Positions 32,439-37,847 of a DNA stretch of 37,847 nucleotides are shown here, piece after piece. Below the pieces are notes generated by a model, which did not search any database, was not told the origin of the DNA, and saw only the letters and a program-made list of their open reading frames with translations. The translations under genes and the position numbers were made by a program. Source of the stretch: a virus (lineage: Duplodnaviria > Caudoviricetes); the IMG/VR virus record IMGVR_UViG_3300033067_001273, positions 1 to 37,847 of that record. One strand, written 5' to 3'. How positions within the stretch are numbered: the first letter of the stretch is position 1; each line of letters begins with the position of its first letter.

Positions 32439-34451
32439 TTACACTTGTCCTATTTGTTTAACTGTGAAGTCTGTTGCGTCACTTGCTTCACGAATCATTT
32501 CAACAAGACGCCTATTCCCTTGTTCTGTTTCAAAGTTATTTCCCATAATTTGGAGTGTCACAGATTTTTTGTTTTGAATTTCGGCTTCAGCTGGACGACT
32601 TGATTCCACACTTGTTGCACCACTGGAAGAACCCTCACCAGCCGCACCACCACCAGCACTTGAAACCCCACCACTTCCACCGCCACCACCGGCTTGCGCT
32701 CTTAGCATTCCAGCCAATGCAACGAGACCACCACCAGCCGCCATTCCAACTGGGTTTGGTGGCCAAATAGAAGACAACAAAAGTTCCATGCCTTTTGCTT
32801 CGGCTATGTCAGCAATTCCACCGAACATGAAACCCTTCATTGCTTCGCTGGCGGTTTTAGTTCCAGCGCCAAAATCTAGAAGTGCTTGCTTTGAATGTTT
32901 AGAAAAAGTTCCGAAGACCATTTTTCCGGTCTTGCCCCAATTGGTCAAGTCCTTGCGATTTTCTTCAGCGCCAGCTTTGAAAGCGTTTTTAATTCCTTCA
33001 GCCGCATTTTTTGACTTATCAGTTTGTTTGTTTAAAATGTCGATCTTACGTTGTGAAGCTTGTTCGTCAATTTCAATAAGTTTTTGCTGGTGGTTGGCCT
33101 CAAGTTCAACCTCAAGGTCTCGTTGCATTTGTTCGTCGTTCTTATATTTTTCAGCAAGTTCACGTCTTTTAAGATCGAACTCAACGTCGATCATATGTTT
33201 TCGTTCAGCTTGTTCTTGCTTAAGGCGCCAATCGTCTTCACCAAGTTCCGCAAGATTGTTTTTTTCATCTTCCATGCGGGTCTTTTTAAGAGCGAAAAGG
33301 TCAGCCTCAAACTTGCGTTGACGCTCTAAGGATTTTTCCTTATCAACCATGTCTTCTTTGGAAGAATCTTCCCCACCAGTTTTCTTGACCCCCTCTTCAG
33401 GAACAAGCTTATGGCGTTTGGCTTCCAAGGCTTCAATCTCTTCGTTGGTCTTTGCGATTAAATTTTTAAAGTGCTTTATTCGCTCTTGGAATATTGGCGC
33501 CGTGACGTCCATTCCACGCTTTTGTGCGTTGATTGCAACGTTGGCCATTTCTTCATTATATTCGTTGCTTCTATCTTTAAGCCTTCCAAGTTGTGCGTCG
33601 ATTTTTTCAACACCGTCGCCAAACGTGGCCTTCATTAAACGGGCTGTTTTTCCAGTCCATTCCGCAATCTTATCAAGTGTGGCACGAACAGCTGGACCAA
33701 CAATCTTGTCGAAAAGCATAACAAGAGTGTCGCCAATATCGTGAAGTGCAATGCCAATTCTTTTATAAGCGTTGGTGGCTTGCTTTGAAGAGTCGTCCAC
33801 CCCTTGAAATTGTTTGTTACCTTTTTCTAAAACTTCATTAAGAACAGCTTGTTTTTTTCCAGCTTCAGAAAGTTCATTCACCCCAACGTGAAGACTTTCA
33901 GCCATTTTCTTATAAGCTTTGTCAGTGTCGACAATAATTCCAAGCTGTTTTAATTGTCGTTGGCTTCCGGTTCCAATTGCATGATTTAATTGTTCAAAAG
34001 TTGAAAGAAGATCGGTCCCCATAACATTGGAACTTTTTCTTGCAAGTTCCATAATTTCAGGAAGTTTTTCAGCTTTTTCGCCCATTGTAACAATAGCTTT
34101 ATTGGCGGCTTGCAATAATTCCGTGTCATCGACTAAACCACCAGCCGCTTTTGAAAGACCCTCTTTTAAATTGGCCCCAACAAGTCCAGCATTTTTGGAC
34201 ATAATTTCAAACTGTGCATTGACCGCTTTTATTTCTTCAGCTGAAAAAACAGTTTCCATTGTTGCTTTTAACGCGACAACGGCGGCTGACATTAAGGCAA
34301 GAGCGGCGTTGGCTTTTGTGAAACCAATGGCCAAACCCAATAAATTTCCTGGTTCACCAAGTTGTAAAATAGATTTAAGGGCTTCACCTGATTTTGTCAG
34401 GAAGTCCTTATTGTCTAAATCTATCTTCCATTTACTTTGTTCGTCGGACAT
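32439..34451 (-). CDS. Tape measure protein
   Basis: ~670 aa Ala/Lys/Glu helical, LKQLGIIVD motif, follows the chaperone pair (track start 34463). Confidence 0.9.
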   Translation of the reverse strand: MSDEQSKWKIDLDNKDFLTKSGEALKSILQLGEPGNLLGLAIGFTKANAALALMSAAVVALKATMETVFSAEEIKAVNAQFEIMSKNAGLVGANLKEGLSKAAGGLVDDTELLQAANKAIVTMGEKAEKLPEIMELARKSSNVMGTDLLSTFEQLNHAIGTGSQRQLKQLGIIVDTDKAYKKMAESLHVGVNELSEAGKKQAVLNEVLEKGNKQFQGVDDSSKQATNAYKRIGIALHDIGDTLVMLFDKIVGPAVRATLDKIAEWTGKTARLMKATFGDGVEKIDAQLGRLKDRSNEYNEEMANVAINAQKRGMDVTAPIFQERIKHFKNLIAKTNEEIEALEAKRHKLVPEEGVKKTGGEDSSKEDMVDKEKSLERQRKFEADLFALKKTRMEDEKNNLAELGEDDWRLKQEQAERKHMIDVEFDLKRRELAEKYKNDEQMQRDLEVELEANHQQKLIEIDEQASQRKIDILNKQTDKSKNAAEGIKNAFKAGAEENRKDLTNWGKTGKMVFGTFSKHSKQALLDFGAGTKTASEAMKGFMFGGIADIAEAKGMELLLSSIWPPNPVGMAAGGGLVALAGMLRAQAGGGGGSGGVSSAGGGAAGEGSSSGATSVESSRPAEAEIQNKKSVTLQIMGNNFETEQGNRRLVEMIREASDATDFTVKQIGQV

Positions 34452-34842
34452 GAATTCCTTCAACTTTTGCTTTTAACGCGAACGCTGAAATTAAAATCTT
34501 TGCAGCGTCTTCGTGTTTAACAGCCAAACCTCTTCTAATTGGCTTGGCTGGTTTGTCATCGTAGTAACTAACACGATTCCATAAATATTGTTTTTCCTCT
34601 TTGCGCCAACTTTCTTGTGCGTGTGGATAAGTAACAACGTCCAAAAGGTCATAAAGAAACTTGCTTGTCTCAACCATTTTGGCCCGTTCCCCTTTTTCCA
34701 ACATTGCGAAAAAAGTTTTCGCTGGCATTTTCAAACAATCTTCAGGCTTCCACTTGTAAATCAAGCAAGCGGTTGAAATTTGTTTTGCAGCGTCAATCTT
34801 TACTTTAACTAGGGATTCGTCGGGGTTAACATCTGAAATGTC
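34432..34842 (-). CDS. Tail assembly chaperone, frameshifted C-terminal part (gpGT-like)
   Basis: The -1 frame is open from the slippery site (DISDVNPDESLVKVKIDAAKQISTAC) into ORF 34432..34764. Confidence 0.8.
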   Translation of the reverse strand, partial: DISDVNPDESLVKVKIDAAKQISTACLIYKWKPEDCLKMPAKTFFAMLEKGERAKMVETSKFLYDLLDVVTYPHAQESWRKEEKQYLWNRVSYYDDKPAKPIRRGLAVKHEDAAKILISAFALKAKVEGIHVRRTK

Positions 34843-35273
34843 TTTTTTTTTAACTCTTCGTGGTCAATCTTTTGAGACCGACCAGTTGCGTGTTCAAGAA
34901 CCAAAGAATAAAGCGCCCCAATTTGTGGTTGGGTCATGTCTTCAATATCTTTTCTGGTTATAGTTGAACAAATTGAACTCACAACTTGAAAGTAAGCTTC
35001 AATTAATTCGTCAGCTTTCACACCTTTTTCTTGGTCTCTTAAAGTGTAAAGTCTCGACAAAGCATTGGTTAAAAAATAGAACTCTTCAGTGGTCACGGGT
35101 TTTAAAATGTGAACCTTGCCATGAACACGGAAAGGCAGCGGTTCCGCAATCAATTGGTCAAGGTTCGCATAGACACCCTCTTCACTAAATTGGTGTCTGG
35201 TCGGCATTATTTTCCCGAAGACTTTGTTAAACAAACCCAAGAATAACCCCTTTAAAAATGTAAAGATTCGCAC
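34809..35273 (-). CDS. Tail assembly chaperone (gpG-like)
   Basis: Between tail tube and tape measure; GAAGGGG SD; ends ...ELKKK. Confidence 0.8.
   Translation of the reverse strand: MRIFTFLKGLFLGLFNKVFGKIMPTRHQFSEEGVYANLDQLIAEPLPFRVHGKVHILKPVTTEEFYFLTNALSRLYTLRDQEKGVKADELIEAYFQVVSSICSTITRKDIEDMTQPQIGALYSLVLEHATGRSQKIDHEELKKKTFQMLTPTNP
34842..34848 (-). promoter_or_regulatory. -1 programmed frameshift heptamer A AAA AAG
   Basis: In-frame TTA AAA AAA AAG near the end of the gpG-like gene; -1 frame open. Confidence 0.8.
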
Positions 35274-35291
35274 GGCTAAACCCCTTCATAA

Positions 35292-35825
35292 TTAAATCGT
35301 GTTGTCCCCGTGTCTATACCAGCGGTAAGGCTGAACAGAAACGTCTGGATATATTGTCCACACAAGATTCAATTTATATTGTTCACCATAACCAATGGTA
35401 AAGCTTGATTCCTCTGAAGCTAAAGCTTTCCAAAAATAATGGTCAAAATCAAGCGTTGTAACGTCTTCAACCATTGGGTGAAGAATTAATGGCGCCGCAA
35501 GTGCGTAGTCCCGTTGGCCAAGTGTGTTGTTCCACTGAATATATTTTTGTAGACCAACAGTTACAAGGTCACCGTGTGGAAACGCGACTTTCCAATTTTC
35601 CTTCAATCGGCTTTCAGCCAGTGAAGTCGCAACAGTGATTTCCACACCAGTCACAGACTTGTCCAATGGACTTGAACCTGTTTGGTCAGAAAGCAATGGC
35701 GCTTTTGGATATTTAATCGAAATAACCACGTTGTCTAAAGTTCCACCCAAGTCCACACCGTCATAAGTCACAATACATGGACCTATATCAAGGTTGACCG
35801 GATTGGTTGTCGGATTCGTAGGCAT
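35292..35825 (-). CDS. Major tail tube protein
   Basis: GPCIVTYDGVDLGGT...DQTG..P motif, 177 aa, GGGGG SD; no sheath gene, so a non-contractile tail. Confidence 0.8.
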   Translation of the reverse strand: MPTNPTTNPVNLDIGPCIVTYDGVDLGGTLDNVVISIKYPKAPLLSDQTGSSPLDKSVTGVEITVATSLAESRLKENWKVAFPHGDLVTVGLQKYIQWNNTLGQRDYALAAPLILHPMVEDVTTLDFDHYFWKALASEESSFTIGYGEQYKLNLVWTIYPDVSVQPYRWYRHGDNTI

Positions 35826-35834
35826 CTTTTCCCC

Positions 35835-36344
35835 CTATGTTCTTAAACTTTCATAATGTTCAACTTCTAATTTCATTATTGCTTCTTTAATAAATTTTCC
35901 GTCGTCTTTGTCTTGTGTGTCTGTATAAACAGGGCTGAAGCTTGCGCCGGTCACAAGCACGTGACACTTCAAAGTTTGCGCTTCATTCAGCAATGTTTGG
36001 TTGTCTAAAATATTGTGAACAGCCGCTTGATAACGTTCAACCTTTTTTGTTAAAAGGTCCAAGGTTCTTTCTTCAACAACAATCGAAGCGTTAACGTAAA
36101 CAAGAGCACTGACGAAGTTTGCTTTTTTCTGACGTTTGCGAAGGTCCATTTCCTCGACCACAACATAGAGTGCTGGCTTCCTGTAAAGGTTGGCTGGTTC
36201 ATATGGAAAATAGTCTTCAAAACCCGTAAGCTGAACGTCCGAATCGTCACGGTCAACGCGCACCAAAGCCAGTGAAGCGTCAATGTTGTCCTTCACTTGC
36301 TTAATGATTAACTCTTTTGTCACTTCGGACCAATTCAATGCCAT
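35835..36344 (-). CDS. Tail terminator-like protein
   Basis: Position before the tail tube; PALYVV motif. Confidence 0.6.
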   Translation of the reverse strand: MALNWSEVTKELIIKQVKDNIDASLALVRVDRDDSDVQLTGFEDYFPYEPANLYRKPALYVVVEEMDLRKRQKKANFVSALVYVNASIVVEERTLDLLTKKVERYQAAVHNILDNQTLLNEAQTLKCHVLVTGASFSPVYTDTQDKDDGKFIKEAIMKLEVEHYESLRT

Positions 36345-36919
36345 TATTTTCGCCTTCTACTGTCGTCACCGTTGCCCATATATCGGGTGGCGGCTTCAAT
36401 CATTTCGCGCATGTGGCGTCTAGAAAAAACCATAAACTCACGGTCTTCAGCCACGTCACCAGCGTATTCAACAGTCGTGTAAACTTCTAAAGATTTATTT
36501 GTGACAATTTTTCTGTGGTCCTTTTGTGAAGGCGCCATTGGGAAAGCCGAAGCCCCAACCACTGGACCAATCACACTTGAAACCAATCGACCTGTTGCAA
36601 TCAAAGTTTTAGTTCCAGAACCAGGATAATTTTTCCAGTTTCCGGCACGTTGCCACGGTCTGTTTTTTCCTTGGCCACCAACCCACTTAAACTTAGGGCC
36701 GCCGCCATATCTTTTTAATTTATAAAGCTTGTAAGCTGGTTGAAGGGCTTTCCACCTTCCACCCTCGCTTGCATTTTCAGTCTTCCAACGTTCCATTTGG
36801 AATTTCTGATATTGTGTATAAGTCACACGATTCAAGAACCCTTTCATAGAGTTCCCACGTTCAATCATTCCTTGAAGGTTTTTTTCGATTGAATTTTGAA
36901 TCTGTTTCATTCCAGTCAT
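36344..36919 (-). CDS. Virion morphogenesis / tail completion protein (Mu gpG-like)
   Basis: GGRWKAL...TLIATGRLVSS...TTVEYA...REFM. Confidence 0.75.
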   Translation of the reverse strand: MTGMKQIQNSIEKNLQGMIERGNSMKGFLNRVTYTQYQKFQMERWKTENASEGGRWKALQPAYKLYKLKRYGGGPKFKWVGGQGKNRPWQRAGNWKNYPGSGTKTLIATGRLVSSVIGPVVGASAFPMAPSQKDHRKIVTNKSLEVYTTVEYAGDVAEDREFMVFSRRHMREMIEAATRYMGNGDDSRRRK

Positions 36920-36925
36920 AAATTC

Positions 36926-37594
36926 CTAAAACTTCGTTTGGTTACTTGGAACGTTACCAACAGCCACCCCAAAAAGTGGTGAAAGCGGTTGACCTTGACG
37001 TTCATAAAAGTTGTTTCTTAAATCTGTCGCGTTCTTTAAAAAGGCCGACGACATTGAAAAATATGAATTTATAGTTGGTTCGGTTTCCGGGTCCTTTTGG
37101 TCTTGGACACGATAGGTCGAAGAAAGTTTTTCAGAAAACCTTGTTGCAAGCTTTTGGTAAGCTTCACTTGCGGCATAATGTTTTGCACTCGGTTGAAGTC
37201 CTGTGGGGACGCCAGTGAAGTCGTCGGAAAAACCAAGCCAAGTGCTGGACGCTCTTAGGAAAGTTTCAAGGTCGCTGTCCAGGAACCATTGAATGTAAAA
37301 TGTAGCTTCAAGCTTATCACCGTCGATTGGTGCAAAGTCTAAACTGAATTGACCACTGTCCAAGTCATCATAAACAAATTTGTCGTTTGGAATTCGAACG
37401 CCATTCTTAAACACCCCAAGAAAAGGATTGTCAGGAACCTTTGAAAAATCTGTCAATCTCTTAAAATCGAAGGTCTTGAAGTCCATGTTGTTTTTTCCAG
37501 GGTTTGGAAAAATGGTCTGGCGATAACGGTATTTGTCCTTGGGACCGTCAGAAAGAAAAATTCTTAAATCGTTAATCGCCGTGTCCCAACTCAT
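36926..37594 (-). CDS. Head-tail adaptor-like protein
   Basis: INDLRIFLSD...FLDSDLETFL helical halves with a beta-rich insert; first neck gene. Confidence 0.6.
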   Translation of the reverse strand: MSWDTAINDLRIFLSDGPKDKYRYRQTIFPNPGKNNMDFKTFDFKRLTDFSKVPDNPFLGVFKNGVRIPNDKFVYDDLDSGQFSLDFAPIDGDKLEATFYIQWFLDSDLETFLRASSTWLGFSDDFTGVPTGLQPSAKHYAASEAYQKLATRFSEKLSSTYRVQDQKDPETEPTINSYFSMSSAFLKNATDLRNNFYERQGQPLSPLFGVAVGNVPSNQTKF

Positions 37595-37847
37595 TTTGTG
37601 GCCTCAAGTTCAGCAAGAGCTTCGTTTTCATTCATATGTTCCAACAAGACCAAATATCTATGGCCATGTTCTTTTAAAAGTTTCTTTTTAGTTTCATAGG
37701 TTTTTGGGTCTTCACCCATTTCTAAAACGTCAATCAATAGAGCGCCACCCTCGGCATAAGGAAAGTAAAAATCCACACAACGTGAATCAGGGTGGTTTGG
37801 GAAAAAGTTCCAGCCTTGTGGATAGTACCAGTTTCTTGTGAAGTGAG
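37591..37847 (-). CDS. 3' part of the origin-spanning protein starting at 239
   Basis: ...RCVDFYFPYAEGGALLIDV...KKKLLKEHGHRYLVL...; ATGA overlap with the adaptor gene. Confidence 0.8.
   Translation of the reverse strand, partial: HFTRNWYYPQGWNFFPNHPDSRCVDFYFPYAEGGALLIDVLEMGEDPKTYETKKKLLKEHGHRYLVLLEHMNENEALAELEATK
37751..37847 (+). repeat. Terminal direct repeat matching 1-97
   Basis: 94 of 97 bases identical. Confidence 0.95.

Noticed and set aside
32788-34476. Long plus-strand ORFs (177, 131, 149 aa) opposite the tape measure gene
   Set aside because: Antisense shadows with no SD or recognisable motifs.
1-37847. Stop-codon reassignment
   Set aside because: Genes tile densely under the standard code, and TAA, TGA and TAG all end well-supported genes.

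Overview
The window is an apparently complete, circularisable ~37.75 kb tailed dsDNA phage genome with siphovirus-like gene content. The last 97 bp repeat the first 97 bp with three synonymous differences. One ~27 kb minus-strand block starts near 13.0 kb with a cassette of fibre-like genes and a papain-like amidase. It continues through TerS, TerL, MuF, portal, protease/scaffold, decoration protein and major capsid, crosses the contig ends into neck, tail tube, chaperones (-1 frameshift), tape measure and tail tip/fibres, and ends in lysis genes at 23.5 kb. A plus-strand block (13.1-23.3 kb) carries an HNH protein, a replication initiator with internal iterons, helicase-loader-like proteins, MazG-like, Xis-like and XRE HTH proteins, an exonuclease, a Sak4-like ATPase, RusA and many small ORFs. 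I saw no integrase, polymerase, tRNA, CRISPR array or reverse transcriptase. Recalled motifs suggest a Bdellovibrionota host (inference only). The most notable observations are: a shared MRE(A/S)D putative maturation-cleavage motif in capsid, portal and MuF proteins; a possible excisable cargo domain inside the protease/scaffold; two strongly structured intergenic RNAs (a kissing/pseudoknot element after the capsid gene and a four-way-junction RNA between the convergent arms); and strong apparent GGAG/CTCC avoidance. All protein family calls come from motif recognition by eye, not database searches.
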